Notes: generated by a model not told the origin, from the letters alone. DNA of 64,000 bases from Caulobacteraceae bacterium (GCA_036384135.1 DASVMY010000084.1:45526-109525), one strand, 5' to 3'. Positions 31,220 through 41,851 are shown, numbered from the stretch's first letter. A program made the numbers and translations.

Positions 31220-32173
31220 CTAGAGACGCCGCTTCATGCGCACCTGGCGCACGGTGTGGGTGGAGGAGTTCATCACGATGCTGTCGGTGTGGACGAAGCC
31301 CTTCTCGAACTTCACCCCTTCCAGCAGAGCGCCGTTGGTGACCCCCGTGGCCACGAAGATGGCGTCAGCGCGGACGATCTCGGAAAGATCATAGATCTTG
31401 TCCAGGTCGGTGATGCCCAGTCGGGCGGCGCGGGCGCGCTCGTCGGCGTTGCGGAACACCAGGCGGCCCTGGAACTGACCGCCGACGCACTTGAGCGCCG
31501 CGCAGGCCAGCACGCCCTCCGGCGCCCCGCCCTGGCCGACATAGAGGTCAACCCCGGTGTCGGGATCGGCGGTGTTGATCACCCCGGCCACGTCGCCGTC
31601 GGTGATCAGGTGCACGCGGGCGCCCACGGCCCGCAGGCTGGCGATGATGTCGGCATGGCGAGGCCGGTCCAGGACGCAGACCGTGACCTCAGTGGGATCG
31701 ATCCCCTTAGCCTTGGCGATGGCCTGGACGTTTTCGGCGGGTGTTTTGCTGAGGTCGATGATCCCCGCCGGCAGGCCCGGTCCGCAGGCGATCTTGTCCA
31801 TGTAGGTGTCGGGGGCGTTCAGCAACGTGCCGGCTGGCGCCCAGGCCATGACGGCCAGGGCGTTGGCCATGGCCTTGGCGGTGAGGGTGGTGCCCTCCAG
31901 CGGGTCCAGCGCGATGTCGATGCGCGGGCCGGTCCCCTGCCCCACCTTCTCGCCGATATAGAGCATCGGCGCCTCGTCGCGCTCGCCCTCGCCAATGACG
32001 ATGACCCCGTCGATGGCCAGTTCGTTCAGCGCGGTGCGCATGGCGTCCACGGCGGCCTGATCGGCGGCCTTCTCGTCACCGCGCCCGGCCAGGCGCCAGG
32101 CGGCTATGGCCGCGGCTTCCGTCACCCGAACCGCTTCCATCACCAGCGCGCGATCCAAATTTCCTGAACTCAT
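31220..32173 (-). CDS. glpX: Class II fructose-1,6-bisphosphatase
   Basis: GEGERDEAPML, DPLEGT and GGAPEGVL motifs. Confidence 0.96.
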   Translation of the reverse strand: MSSGNLDRALVMEAVRVTEAAAIAAWRLAGRGDEKAADQAAVDAMRTALNELAIDGVIVIGEGERDEAPMLYIGEKVGQGTGPRIDIALDPLEGTTLTAKAMANALAVMAWAPAGTLLNAPDTYMDKIACGPGLPAGIIDLSKTPAENVQAIAKAKGIDPTEVTVCVLDRPRHADIIASLRAVGARVHLITDGDVAGVINTADPDTGVDLYVGQGGAPEGVLACAALKCVGGQFQGRLVFRNADERARAARLGITDLDKIYDLSEIVRADAIFVATGVTNGALLEGVKFEKGFVHTDSIVMNSSTHTVRQVRMKRRL

Positions 32174-32215
32174 AGAACGGTCTCCGGGCGCTAGGGGCGC
32201 AGTCTCGGGGGATTC

Positions 32216-33514
32216 TCAGATACGCGCGATGCGGATCAAGCGGGGTGGTTGCAAAAGGGCCGGCAAGGCAGCCATGCGGCGGACAGCTTCGGCCATGACC
32301 GATTCAGCCACGGCGTGGGTGGTAAGCACGATCGGTACGCCATCAAGCCCCTCCACCGGCTTCTGCAGGAAACTGTCGATGGAGACGCCGGCCTCGGCGA
32401 GAGTTTCGGAAACCGAGGCGATGACCCCCGGTTCATCGCGGACCAGCAGGCGCAGATAGGCGCGGCCCTGGGTATGGGCGGCGTCCACGGGCTTGAAGGG
32501 CATCAGTTCGCCGGCCGGGCGCTGGAACACCGGGCGGCGGGCGCCGGTCATCACGTCGGCGATGTCAGCCGCCACTGCGGCGGCGGTAGGCCCGGCCCCG
32601 GCCCCGGGACCCTGGATGTAGATCCGGCCGATGCGGTCGCCTTCGATGAAGAGAGCGTTCAGCGCCCCGCCGGCGCGGGCCAGGGGGTGGTCCAGCGGCG
32701 CCAGGGCCGGATGCACGCGCACAGACACCCCGCCGTCCTCGGACTTGGCCGTGGAGGCCACCAGCTTGATCCGGTAGCCCAGGTCCCTGGCCAGGCGGAT
32801 GTCCAACAGCTCGATCTTGTCGATGCCCTCGATCTCGGCGGCGCCGTAGGTGGGGGCGCAGCCGAAGGCCAGGGCGGCCAGGATGGTGATCTTGTGGGCG
32901 GCGTCGAAGCCGCCGACGTCCATGGTCGGGTCCGACTCGGCGTAGCCCAGGCGCTGGGCCTCGGCCAGGACCTCCAGGAACGAGCGGCCGGACGCCTCCA
33001 TCTCGGTAAGGATGAAGTTGCAGGTGCCGTTGAGGATGCCGGCCACGGCGGTGACCTCGTCGCCGACCATGGCCTCGCGCAGCATCTTCACCGCTGGCGT
33101 GCCGCCCATGACGGCGGCTTCGAACAGCAGCGGCACGCCCGCCGCCTCGGCCAGGGCGGCCAGTTCCGCGCCATGCTCGGCGATCAGGGCCTTGTTGGCG
33201 GTGACCACCGGCTTGCCGGCCTTCAGCGCCGCCTCCACCGCCGCCTTGGCCGGACCGTCGGACCCGCCGATCAGCTCGACGAAGATGTCCGTATCGTCCG
33301 ATGTCGCCAGGGCCACCGGGTCGTCGAACCAGGGCATGTTGGAGATATCGAAGGGCCGCGGCCGCGTGCGCGAACGGGCCGAGACGCCGGTGACGCGGGC
33401 GCCGGCGCCGGCGGGGGCGAAGCCCGGCCGGTCCGACAGGAAGTTCAGCAGTCCGGCGCCAACGGTGCCCAGTCCCGCGACGCCGACGCGCCATTCTGAT
33501 TTCAGTGAGGTCAT
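32216..33514 (-). CDS. hom: Homoserine dehydrogenase with ACT domain
   Basis: GLGTVG, VVTANKAL, ILNGTCNFIL, LGYAESDP and GPGAG motifs. Confidence 0.95.
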   Translation of the reverse strand: MTSLKSEWRVGVAGLGTVGAGLLNFLSDRPGFAPAGAGARVTGVSARSRTRPRPFDISNMPWFDDPVALATSDDTDIFVELIGGSDGPAKAAVEAALKAGKPVVTANKALIAEHGAELAALAEAAGVPLLFEAAVMGGTPAVKMLREAMVGDEVTAVAGILNGTCNFILTEMEASGRSFLEVLAEAQRLGYAESDPTMDVGGFDAAHKITILAALAFGCAPTYGAAEIEGIDKIELLDIRLARDLGYRIKLVASTAKSEDGGVSVRVHPALAPLDHPLARAGGALNALFIEGDRIGRIYIQGPGAGAGPTAAAVAADIADVMTGARRPVFQRPAGELMPFKPVDAAHTQGRAYLRLLVRDEPGVIASVSETLAEAGVSIDSFLQKPVEGLDGVPIVLTTHAVAESVMAEAVRRMAALPALLQPPRLIRIARI

Positions 33515-33577
33515 GACGCGCGCAGCCTTACCCGGCATTGCCCCTCGCGGGGAGCCCCTTCATCGCCGACGCACGCC

Positions 33578-34798
33578 CTATTCCACCGGCATCTGATCAC
33601 GCGCCTTGGAGAGTATCTGGCCGGATTGGTCCAGGAACTTTTTCACATTGCGGGCCGCCTGGCGGATGCGGTGCTCGTTTTCCACCAGACCGATGCGCAC
33701 ATAGCCCTCTCCGTGCTCACCGAAGGCCACCCCCGGGGAGACCGCGACGCCAGCCTCCTCGATCAGCAGCTTGGAGAACAGCATCGAACCCGCCTCCTTG
33801 TACTGTTCAGGCAGCGGCGCCCAAGCGAACATTGAGGCCGCCGGGGCAGGAATGTCCCAACCGGCCCGGGCCATGGCGGTGACCAGGGTGTCGCGCCGCG
33901 ACTTGTAGGTGGCGCGGATCTCGTCGACGCAATCCTGCGGGCCGTTCAGCGCCGCGGTGGCCGCCACCTGGATTGGAGTGAAAGCTCCATAGTCCAGATA
34001 GGATTTCACCCGCGCCAGGGCCGAACACATGCGGGCGTTGCCCACCACCATGCCCACCCGCCAGCCGGCCATGGCGTAGGTCTTGGACAAGGAATTGACC
34101 TCGACCGCGATGTCCTTGGCCCCGTCAACCTGCAGGATGGAAGGCGGCGGGTTGTTGTCGAAATAGATTTCCGAATAGGCAATGTCGGACAGCACCAGCA
34201 TGTCGTGCTTCTTCGCCAGGGCGATGGCGTCCTTGTAGAACTCCAGGTCGACCCACTGGGCCGTGGGGTTGGACGGGTAGCTGACGATCAGGACGCTGGG
34301 CGGTGGGGCGGAGTTCTTCACCGCCCGCGAGACCCCCGACAGGTATTCCTCGGGCGACAGGGCCGGCACGTGGCGGATCACGCCGCCGGCCATGATGAAG
34401 CCGTAGGCGTGGATCGGATAGGCCGGGTTGGGGCAGATGATCACGTCGCCCGGCGCGGTCAGGGCCTGGGCGAGGTTGGCGAACCCCTCCTTGGAGCCCA
34501 TGGTGGCGATGACCTCGGTGTCGGGGTCCAGCTTCACATCGAATCGGCGGGCGTAGTAGGCCGCCATGGCCCTGCGCAGGCCGGGGATGCCTTTGGAGGC
34601 CGAGTAGCGGCCGGACTTGGGGTCGCGGGCCGTCTCGATCAGCTTGTCGACGATGTGCTTTGGCGTCGGCATGTCGGGGTTGCCCATGCCGAAGTCGATG
34701 ATGTCCACGCCCTCGCTGCGGAGGCGGGCCTTGATGCGGTTCACCTGCTCGAACACGTAGGGCGGCAGGCGTCGGATACGATGGAATTCGGGAGTCAT
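33578..34798 (-). CDS. PLP-dependent class I/II aminotransferase (AlaC-like, often annotated LL-diaminopimelate aminotransferase)
   Basis: DFGMGNPD, YPSNPT, DIAYSE and SLSKTYAMAGWRVG motifs. Confidence 0.88.
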   Translation of the reverse strand: MTPEFHRIRRLPPYVFEQVNRIKARLRSEGVDIIDFGMGNPDMPTPKHIVDKLIETARDPKSGRYSASKGIPGLRRAMAAYYARRFDVKLDPDTEVIATMGSKEGFANLAQALTAPGDVIICPNPAYPIHAYGFIMAGGVIRHVPALSPEEYLSGVSRAVKNSAPPPSVLIVSYPSNPTAQWVDLEFYKDAIALAKKHDMLVLSDIAYSEIYFDNNPPPSILQVDGAKDIAVEVNSLSKTYAMAGWRVGMVVGNARMCSALARVKSYLDYGAFTPIQVAATAALNGPQDCVDEIRATYKSRRDTLVTAMARAGWDIPAPAASMFAWAPLPEQYKEAGSMLFSKLLIEEAGVAVSPGVAFGEHGEGYVRIGLVENEHRIRQAARNVKKFLDQSGQILSKARDQMPVE

Positions 34799-34905
34799 TG
34801 TCGCTCAGCCGCTCTGTGCGGCAGTGGGAGCTAGGGTTGGGCATGGATAGACCCCGCCGGGGCGTATTCCAAGCCGGCTGAAGGTAGATTTCGCCCCCGA
34901 AGCCT

Positions 34906-35325
34906 CTAGTGCGGCCGCGGAGGCGGCGTAGCTCGGTCCCTGAGGGACTTGGCGAAGGTGGCGGTGTCCGCCTCGCTGGCCGGGTTCATCGGCGGCGGCG
35001 GAGCGGCCTCGCTGCGCGCGCCGGCGGCGAAGTCGTCGGTGCGGTCCAGAGTCCAGGTCGATGCGGCGGTCTGGCGTTGCAGCCGGGCGCCGGCAAGGCG
35101 CGTGTCCAGCACCGCGGCCTTCCAGTCGCTGGCGCCGCGCACGTCGGTTGGGATTTTCGGGATCGAGCAGAAGCTGGGAAAGTCGTGCGGTTGGGCGGCC
35201 CGCGCCACGATGTCCGGCGCCAGACCGGGCGCCGGCGCCGACTGCGCGCAGGACACCCCGGCCCCGGCGGCGCCCGGGGCGGCCAGAATCGTTGCAAAAG
35301 CCCCCAGGCAAAGGGCTCGCGTCAT
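34906..35325 (-). CDS. Hypothetical exported protein, possibly a lipoprotein
   Basis: Hydrophobic N-terminus MTRALCLGAFATILAAPG followed by GVSC; fills the gap between the aminotransferase gene and phaC. Confidence 0.55.
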   Translation of the reverse strand: MTRALCLGAFATILAAPGAAGAGVSCAQSAPAPGLAPDIVARAAQPHDFPSFCSIPKIPTDVRGASDWKAAVLDTRLAGARLQRQTAASTWTLDRTDDFAAGARSEAAPPPPMNPASEADTATFAKSLRDRATPPPRPH

Positions 35326-35427
35326 TGAAAATTCGCGCGCAAGGTCTTTCATTGGACGCAAGGTCATAGGCCATGATGCGCCCAAGCGAAAGGGCGCAAG
35401 GCCCGGCGTGGTTAGGGAGCTGCAAGG

Positions 35428-37488
35428 ATGGCGAAAGCCGCCACGAAGAAGAAGGCCAAGGCCGTCGCACCGCAGGAGGCCTCGAACGCGCCGAAGGGCG
35501 CAACATCGAAGGTCAAAGCCCCAGAGGTCAAGGCTCCAGAGGTTAGGGCTCCAGAGGTCAGGGCCTCAAAAACGAAGCCGTCCGAGGCCAGGCCCGTCAA
35601 ATCCGAGTCGCCACGGGCCGCCCCTCCCCCATCCCCGCGGCCCGAGCACGCCGAGGCGCCGCCGTCACCGCAGACGCAGCCATCGCCTGGCGCGGCCATC
35701 ATGGAGTTCATGACGCCCGACCAGCGCGAGGCGCTGGAAAAGATGAGCATCAACCTGACGCGGGCGGCGCTTACCGCCCAGGGCGTGATCGCCGAAGCGG
35801 CGTTGCGCCAGGCCGACCGGCCCGCCGCGCTCAGCCCCGATCCCTTTCACGTCGCCCCGGCCCTGCACGAGGTGATGGGCCGCTTGGCCGGTGAGCCTGA
35901 CCGGATGATGCGGGCCCAGGCCGACCTCTTCAACCGCTACATGGAGCTCTGGCGCTCCACCGCCCAGCGCGCGGCGGGCGAGGCGCATGAACCGGCCGCG
36001 GCGCCGGCCAAGGGCGACAAAAGGTTTGTTGACCCTGACTGGTCGAGCAACCCCGTATTCGACGTCATCAAGCAGTCCTACCTGATCACTTCCGACTGGC
36101 TGAACGACCTGATCAGCAGCGTGGATGGCGTGGAGCCGCTGACCAAGCGGCGGGTGGAGTTCTTCACCCGCATGCTGACCGACGCCATGTCGCCGTCGAA
36201 CTTCCTGCTGTCGAACCCCGCCGCCCTGCGCGAGGCCATGGCGACGCAAGGCGAAAGCATTGCCAAGGGTATGGCCAACTTCGCCGCCGACCTGGAGCGC
36301 GGCGGCGGCCAGCTGTCGATCAGCCAGACCGACTTTAACCAGTTCAAGGTCGGCGAGAACGTCGCCACCGCGCCGGGCAAGGTGGTGTTCCAGAACGACA
36401 TCATCCAGATTCTGCAGTTCAGTCCGACCACGGAGACCGTCTGCGAGATTCCGCTGCTGATCTTCCCGCCCTGGATCAACAAATTCTACATCCTCGACCT
36501 GCGGCCGGAGAATTCGATGATCCGCTGGCTGACGAGCCAGGGGATTTCGGTGTTCGTCACCTCCTGGGTGAACCCCGACCAGAAGCTCGCCGCCAAGACC
36601 ATCGAGGACTACCTGGAGGAAGGCATCTACGCCGCCATCGACGCCGTCACCCGCCAGGCGGGAGTCAAAACGGTGAACACGGTCGGCTATTGCATCGGCG
36701 GCACCATGCTCTCCTGCGCCCTGGCCCACATGGCCGCCCGGGGGGACGAGCGTGTCGCCTCGGCCACATTCTTCGCCGCCCAACAGGACTTCAGCGAGGC
36801 CGGCGACCTGTTGATCTTCACCAACGAGGATTGGCTGAAGGTTCTGGAGGACAAGATGGACGCCGGCGGCGGGGTGCTGCCCGGCCAGACCATGGCCGAC
36901 ACCTTCAACGCCCTGCGCAGCAACGACCTGATCTGGTCGTTCTTCGTTTCGAACTACCTGATGGGCAAGGAGCCCAAGCCCTTCGACCTGCTGTTCTGGA
37001 ACGCCGACCAGACCCGCATGCCCAAGACCCTGCACCTGTTCTACCTGCGCAATTTCTATGGCGCCAATGCGCTGGCCAAGGGCGAGCTGGTGCTGGACGG
37101 GGTGAAGTTGAACCTGGGGGACGTGAAGACGCCGATCTATGTGCAGTCGTCCAGGGACGATCACATCGCGCCCTACCGCTCGGTCTACAGGGGGGCCAAG
37201 CTCTTCGGCGGGCCGGTGACCTTCACCATGGCGGGCTCCGGCCACATTGCCGGGGTGATCAACGCCCCGGCGGCGAAGAAATACCAGCACTGGACCAACA
37301 GCGCCCTGCCCTCCACCGTCGACGAGTGGATCGCCGGCGCAGTGGAGCACCCCGGCTCCTGGTGGCCGCACTGGATGGAATGGCTCAAGGCGCGTTCCGG
37401 CGGCCAGGTCCCCGCCCGAGATCCGACCAAGGGTCCGCTGAAGCCGATCGAGGATGCGCCGGGCAGTTTCGTGAAGGTGCGTTCGTAG
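35428..37488 (+). CDS. phaC: Class I poly(3-hydroxyalkanoate) synthase
   Basis: PPWINKFYILDL, GYCIGG lipase box, WNAD, DDHI, SGHIAG and GSWW motifs. Confidence 0.96.
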   Translation: MAKAATKKKAKAVAPQEASNAPKGATSKVKAPEVKAPEVRAPEVRASKTKPSEARPVKSESPRAAPPPSPRPEHAEAPPSPQTQPSPGAAIMEFMTPDQREALEKMSINLTRAALTAQGVIAEAALRQADRPAALSPDPFHVAPALHEVMGRLAGEPDRMMRAQADLFNRYMELWRSTAQRAAGEAHEPAAAPAKGDKRFVDPDWSSNPVFDVIKQSYLITSDWLNDLISSVDGVEPLTKRRVEFFTRMLTDAMSPSNFLLSNPAALREAMATQGESIAKGMANFAADLERGGGQLSISQTDFNQFKVGENVATAPGKVVFQNDIIQILQFSPTTETVCEIPLLIFPPWINKFYILDLRPENSMIRWLTSQGISVFVTSWVNPDQKLAAKTIEDYLEEGIYAAIDAVTRQAGVKTVNTVGYCIGGTMLSCALAHMAARGDERVASATFFAAQQDFSEAGDLLIFTNEDWLKVLEDKMDAGGGVLPGQTMADTFNALRSNDLIWSFFVSNYLMGKEPKPFDLLFWNADQTRMPKTLHLFYLRNFYGANALAKGELVLDGVKLNLGDVKTPIYVQSSRDDHIAPYRSVYRGAKLFGGPVTFTMAGSGHIAGVINAPAAKKYQHWTNSALPSTVDEWIAGAVEHPGSWWPHWMEWLKARSGGQVPARDPTKGPLKPIEDAPGSFVKVRS
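35506..35565 (+). repeat. Four 15-bp tandem units in the phaC N-terminus
   Basis: TCGAAGGTCAAAGCC / CCAGAGGTCAAGGCT / CCAGAGGTTAGGGCT / CCAGAGGTCAGGGCC, encoding SKVKA-PEVKA-PEVRA-PEVRA. Confidence 0.85.
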
Positions 37489-37494
37489 GGCCGT

Positions 37495-37526
37495 TCTCTT
37501 GCCCGAGCGAAGCGGTGGGGAAGTGG
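37495..37526. repeat. Short REP-like hairpin repeat
   Basis: TCTCTTGCCCGAGCGAAGCGGTGGGGAAGTGG, near-identical to 57801-57833. Confidence 0.65.
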
Positions 37527-37546
37527 CCCGGCGCTAGAAGAGGCAG

Positions 37547-38050
37547 CTACGCCGGGACGAACTTCAGGGCGACGCCGTTGTTGCAGTAGCGCAGGCCCGT
37601 GGGTTGCGGGCCATCGTCGAAGACGTGGCCTTGGTGGCCCAGGCATCGGGCGCAATGATACTCCGTGCGCGGGTAGCCGATCTTCAGGTCGGTCTTCTTG
37701 CCCAGGGCGCCGTCGATGGCGGTGTAGAAGCTGGGCCAGCCGGTGTGGCTGTCGAACTTCCATTGCGAGCGGAACAGCGGCAGCTCGCATCCCAGGCAGA
37801 CGAATGTCCCCCTGCGATGCTCGTCGTTCAGCGGACTGCTGAAGGGCGCTTCGGTGCCCTCCTGGCGAAGGACGGAGAAGGACGCCGGCGGCAGCTTCGC
37901 TTTCCATTGGGCTGGGGTCAGTTTGCGGGCCGGCGCCGCGGCGTAGGGGTCGGCCGCCGCCGCCGGGCCGCAGGCGGCCAGGGCTGTCGCCGCCAGCAGG
38001 AAGAGGCGGCGGTCGGGGGCGAAGGCCCGAATAGCAAAGGTCTGGGTCAT
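37547..38050 (-). CDS. msrB: Peptide-methionine (R)-S-oxide reductase, exported
   Basis: GTE, CLGC, GWPSF, RTE, CARC, HQGHVFDDGP and RYCNNG motifs; DRRLFL...LAAC N-terminus. Confidence 0.93.
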   Translation of the reverse strand: MTQTFAIRAFAPDRRLFLLAATALAACGPAAAADPYAAAPARKLTPAQWKAKLPPASFSVLRQEGTEAPFSSPLNDEHRRGTFVCLGCELPLFRSQWKFDSHTGWPSFYTAIDGALGKKTDLKIGYPRTEYHCARCLGHQGHVFDDGPQPTGLRYCNNGVALKFVPA

Positions 38051-38092
38051 GGCGGGGTCTCCGCCTCCTATACGGGCTGGCGGACCGATCGG

Positions 38093-38551
38093 TTACAGGG
38101 GACGGATTTCTTCAGGACGTTTCCAGACATAGAGCACGTCCGGCAGCCGCTCTTCATTGTCCTGGCCGTCAGTAAGGCGGGCGGCGGTGAAGCCGTGCTT
38201 CTCATAGAAGGCCCGGGCGCGGGTGTTCTCCTGGAAGGTCCACAGGCTGAGCTCGGCGTATTCGCCCTTGGCCAGGTCCAGGAGCTGCACGCCCAGGCCC
38301 CGGCCCAGATGGTCGGCGGCCAGGAACAGGTGGTTGATGAACCCGCCGCGGAAAGCGATGTAGCCCAGGAACCGCCGGTCCTGCTCGGCCAGCCAGACAT
38401 CGAACTCGGCAAACAGGCGGTCGCGGAAGAAGGCGCGGTCTTCCTCGGGCGAGTGCAGTTCCGGCAGGAAGGGCAGCGTGCGGCGGACCGTATCGCGGTA
38501 GAGCCGCGCCAGGGCGTCCATATCGTAGAGCCCGGCGCGGCGGATGATCAA
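38093..38551 (-). CDS. GNAT-family N-acetyltransferase
   Basis: HLGRGLG acetyl-CoA motif, [19 protein letters not shown] and NEERLPD. Confidence 0.88.
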   Translation of the reverse strand: MIIRRAGLYDMDALARLYRDTVRRTLPFLPELHSPEEDRAFFRDRLFAEFDVWLAEQDRRFLGYIAFRGGFINHLFLAADHLGRGLGVQLLDLAKGEYAELSLWTFQENTRARAFYEKHGFTAARLTDGQDNEERLPDVLYVWKRPEEIRPL

Positions 38552-39522
38552 AGGCCGCCATCTCCCAGACCGGCCGTCTCCGGCAGGCCCAGCATCAGGT
38601 TGAGGTTCTGCACCGCCGCGCCGGACGCGCCCTTGCCGAGGTTGTCCAGCTGGGCCACCAGCCGCGCCTGGCCGACGGCGTCGGAGCCGAACACGAACAG
38701 CCGCATGCGGTTGGTCCCGTTCAGGGCCTCAGGGTCGAGGTTCTTGGTCGCGGCACATTCCTCCAGCGAGACGACCTCGACAAAGGGCTCGTCCACATAG
38801 GCGTGAACCAGGGCGGCGTGGATTTCCTTAAGCCGCGGCGCGACCGGCAGGGCCTTGAGCTGCAGCGGCACCTCGACCAGCATGCCCTGGGCATAGCGGC
38901 CGACGGCGGGCGCGAACAGCGGGCGGTGGGCCAGCAGGCCGTGCGCCTGCATCTCAGGCACATGCTTGTGCTCCATCCCCAGGGCGTAGAGGCGATAATT
39001 GTCGTCCGTATGATCGGCCGCCGACGCGTCCTCGAACTCGGCGATCATCGACTTGCCGCCGCCAGAATAGCCGGAGACGGCGTTGACCGTGATCGGCCAG
39101 TTCCTCGGGATCAGCCCATCCTGCGCCAGGGGCCGCACCAGGGCGATGAAGCCGGTGGGATAGCAGCCGGGATTGGAAACGCGGGTGGAGGCGGCCACGG
39201 CCTGGCGCTGGGTTCGGGTCATCTCCGGAAAGCCGTAGGTCCAGCCGGACGCCACCCGATGCGCTGTCGAGGCGTCGATCACCCGCACCGAATTGCTCTC
39301 GATCAGGGCCACCGCCTCGCGGGCCGCGTCGTCGGGCAGGCACAGGATGACGGCGTCGGCGCCGTTCAGCAACTCGCGCCGCGCCTCGACGTCCTTGCGC
39401 CGCTCAGGGTCGATGGAGACCAGCTCCAGATCGCGCCGGCCCCCCAGCCGTTGGCGGATCTGCAGGCCGGTAGTGCCGGCCTCGCCGTCGATGAAGACCT
39501 TGGGAAAAACCTTGGCGGCCAT
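38548..39522 (-). CDS. argC: N-acetyl-gamma-glutamyl-phosphate reductase, type 2
   Basis: [27 protein letters not shown] and DNLGKGASG motifs. Confidence 0.95.
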   Translation of the reverse strand: MAAKVFPKVFIDGEAGTTGLQIRQRLGGRRDLELVSIDPERRKDVEARRELLNGADAVILCLPDDAAREAVALIESNSVRVIDASTAHRVASGWTYGFPEMTRTQRQAVAASTRVSNPGCYPTGFIALVRPLAQDGLIPRNWPITVNAVSGYSGGGKSMIAEFEDASAADHTDDNYRLYALGMEHKHVPEMQAHGLLAHRPLFAPAVGRYAQGMLVEVPLQLKALPVAPRLKEIHAALVHAYVDEPFVEVVSLEECAATKNLDPEALNGTNRMRLFVFGSDAVGQARLVAQLDNLGKGASGAAVQNLNLMLGLPETAGLGDGGL

Positions 39523-39547
39523 GGGGTAACTTCCACCCAATTGGGAC

Positions 39548-39585
39548 AAAGAAAAAGGGCGCTCCGGCAAAACCGAAGCGCCCTT
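39548..39585 (-). terminator. Rho-independent terminator after rpsI
   Basis: Minus-strand stem AAGGGCGCTTCGG/CCGGAGCGCCCTT followed by a T-rich run. Confidence 0.8.
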
Positions 39586-39611
39586 CTCGCGGAACAGATG
39601 TTCGCGCGCGC

Positions 39612-40088
39612 TTAGCGCTTCGAGAACTGGAAGCTGCGTCGGGCCTTGGCCTTGCCGTACTTCTTGCGTTCGACCACGCGGCTGTCGCGGGTCAGGAAGC
39701 CGTGGGGCTTGAGCACCGAGCGCAGGGCCGGTTCATAGTAGGTCAGGGCCTTGGAGATGCCGTGGCGCACCGCGCCGGCCTGGCCGGAAAGGCCCGAACC
39801 CAGCACCGTCACGTCGACGTCGAACTGGCCGAGGCGATCGGCCACCTGCAGGGGCTGGGCGATCATCATGCGCAGCACCGGACGGGCGAAGTAGATCTCC
39901 TGGTCGCGGCCGTTGATGGTGATCTTGCCCTTGCCCGGCTTGATCCAGACGCGCGCGACGGCGTTCTTGCGCTTGCCGGTGGCGTAGGAGCGGCCCTGGG
40001 CGTCGACCTTGCGCTCATAGGTGACCGCTTGCGCCGTCGGGTTCGAGGAGAGGCTTTGCAGAGCCTCGAGACCGTGAGTGTCGCTCAT
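39612..40088 (-). CDS. rpsI: 30S ribosomal protein S9
   Basis: [24 protein letters not shown] and [19 protein letters not shown] motifs. Confidence 0.97.
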   Translation of the reverse strand: MSDTHGLEALQSLSSNPTAQAVTYERKVDAQGRSYATGKRKNAVARVWIKPGKGKITINGRDQEIYFARPVLRMMIAQPLQVADRLGQFDVDVTVLGSGLSGQAGAVRHGISKALTYYEPALRSVLKPHGFLTRDSRVVERKKYGKAKARRSFQFSKR

Positions 40089-40090
40089 GG

Positions 40091-40567
40091 CTATTGGCTC
40101 CGGACGTTCTTGGAGTTGCGGCCCTTGAAGTCGATGACTTCCGGGTTCTGGGCTTCGTGCGGGTGTTCGCCGCTGTTGTAGATCTTCAGGTGCGTCAGCT
40201 GCGTGCGCGCCAGGGGGCTTTCCTTGGGCAGCATGCGCTCGACAGCCTTTTCCAGCACCCGCTCGGGGAAGCGGCCGGCCAGCAGGTTGCCCGCCGTGCG
40301 TTCCTTGACCCCGCCGGGGTGGCCGGTGTGCCAGTAGTAGGTCTTCTGCTCGAGCTTGCGGCCGGTGAACTTCACCTTGTCGGCGTTGATCACCACGACA
40401 TTGTCGCCGCAGTCGACGTTGGGGGTGTAGTCGGCACGGTGCTTGCCGCGCAGGCGCATGGCGATGAAGGTGGCCAGACGGCCGACGACGGCGTCTTGCG
40501 CGTCGACGACGATCCACTTCTTCTCGACATCCGCGGGCTTCAGGGAAGCCGTGGTCTTGGTGTTCAT
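40091..40567 (-). CDS. rplM: 50S ribosomal protein L13
   Basis: [24 protein letters not shown] and HPHEAQ motifs. Confidence 0.97.
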   Translation of the reverse strand: MNTKTTASLKPADVEKKWIVVDAQDAVVGRLATFIAMRLRGKHRADYTPNVDCGDNVVVINADKVKFTGRKLEQKTYYWHTGHPGGVKERTAGNLLAGRFPERVLEKAVERMLPKESPLARTQLTHLKIYNSGEHPHEAQNPEVIDFKGRNSKNVRSQ

Positions 40568-40626
40568 GTTCAATCCGTTGGCAGCGGCTTGGACCCTGGA
40601 CGGGGCTTCACCGGCGTGAGGCGCGG

Positions 40627-40655
40627 CAGGTACAGGCGCATCGCGCGCGTGTCAA
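40627..40655 (-). promoter_or_regulatory. Candidate sigma70 promoter of rplM-rpsI
   Basis: Perfect TTGACA -35 at 40655-40650 with a weak -10 region (CTGTACC). Confidence 0.45.
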
Positions 40656-40728
40656 GCGATGTGCGCGCAGAAATCCCACAACACCTTACGAATCAAGGGT
40701 TAGCGTGCAATGGTATCATAATACCGCA

Positions 40729-41766
40729 TCACGCTCTGCGGGCGCGCCAGGCCAGGGCGACGGCGCTGGTCAGGACGATTACGGCGCCGGCCTGGTGCAG
40801 GATGGCCAAAGCCAGGGGCACGCCGGTCCACAGGGTGGCGATCCCCAGCCCTGCCTGGGCCAAGACGGCGATCAGCAGCACGACGCAGAGGGCGCGGATG
40901 GTGCCCGAAAGGTAGCGGGCTCTGAGCGCGGTCACCGCCATCGCGGCCGCGCCGAAGAAAATCAGATAGGCCAGAATGCGGTGATTGAACTGCACCGCCG
41001 CCTGGCTGTGAGCCAGGGTCTGCCACAGCGATGCGCCGGCGTAGTCGTCGGGGAACACGCGGCCATCCATCAGCGGCCAATCGTTGTTGACCAAGCCCGC
41101 CTGGTTGCCGGCCACCAGGGCGCCCAGCAGGCATTGCAGGAAGACGCCGGCCAGCAACAGCACCGCGGCCAGCGGCCAGCCGTCCTGGCGCCGCCCCCCG
41201 ACCCTGGCCTGACCCGACCAGGCCTCAAGGCCCGTCCAGACCAGGGCGCAGAACAGGATCAGCGCCAGGCCCAGGTGCGTGGCCAGGCGCTCGGGCGCCA
41301 CCGTGACACGCGCTTCCAGACCGCTCTTGACCATCCACCAGCCCACTAGGCCCTGCAAACCGCCCAGGGCGAACAGCAGGACGCAGCGCCAGATCAGACG
41401 CATGGGCAGGCGGCGTGTGACCAGGAAGACCACGAAGGGAATGGCGAACACCACCCCCAGCAGGCGGCCCAGCAGGCGGTGGCTCCACTCCCACCAGAAG
41501 ATGAACTTGAACTCGCCGAGGCTCATGCCGCGATTGATCAGCTTGTACTGCGGCGTGGCCTGGTAGAGGCGGAAGTTATCCAGCCAGGCGTGCTCGGTCA
41601 GAGGCGGCAACGCCCCCGAGACGGGCTTCCATTGCGTGATCGACAGGCCCGAGCCCGTCAGCCGCGTGGCGCCGCCGACCACGACCATGGCGAAGACCAG
41701 GAAGGCGGTGGCGAACAGCCAGATAGCCACCGGCCGCGCGCGTCCGTCTTTCAAGAAGGATGTCAT
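40729..41766 (-). CDS. ctaA: Heme A synthase (COX15/CtaA)
   Basis: [37 protein letters not shown] and HQAGA motifs. Confidence 0.93.
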   Translation of the reverse strand: MTSFLKDGRARPVAIWLFATAFLVFAMVVVGGATRLTGSGLSITQWKPVSGALPPLTEHAWLDNFRLYQATPQYKLINRGMSLGEFKFIFWWEWSHRLLGRLLGVVFAIPFVVFLVTRRLPMRLIWRCVLLFALGGLQGLVGWWMVKSGLEARVTVAPERLATHLGLALILFCALVWTGLEAWSGQARVGGRRQDGWPLAAVLLLAGVFLQCLLGALVAGNQAGLVNNDWPLMDGRVFPDDYAGASLWQTLAHSQAAVQFNHRILAYLIFFGAAAMAVTALRARYLSGTIRALCVVLLIAVLAQAGLGIATLWTGVPLALAILHQAGAVIVLTSAVALAWRARRA

Positions 41767-41831
41767 CGCGGCGGGTTGCCCTGAACGCTGTACGGAGCGG
41801 CCCTTGGGGGAAGGCCGCCTATAGTCCCTGC

Positions 41832-41850
41832 TTCCGCCGGGAAGGCGGAA
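41832..41850 (-). terminator. Hairpin immediately 3' of tRNA-Pro
   Basis: TTCCGCC-N5-GGCGGAA; no clear U tract. Confidence 0.4.
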
Positions 41851-41851
41851 A

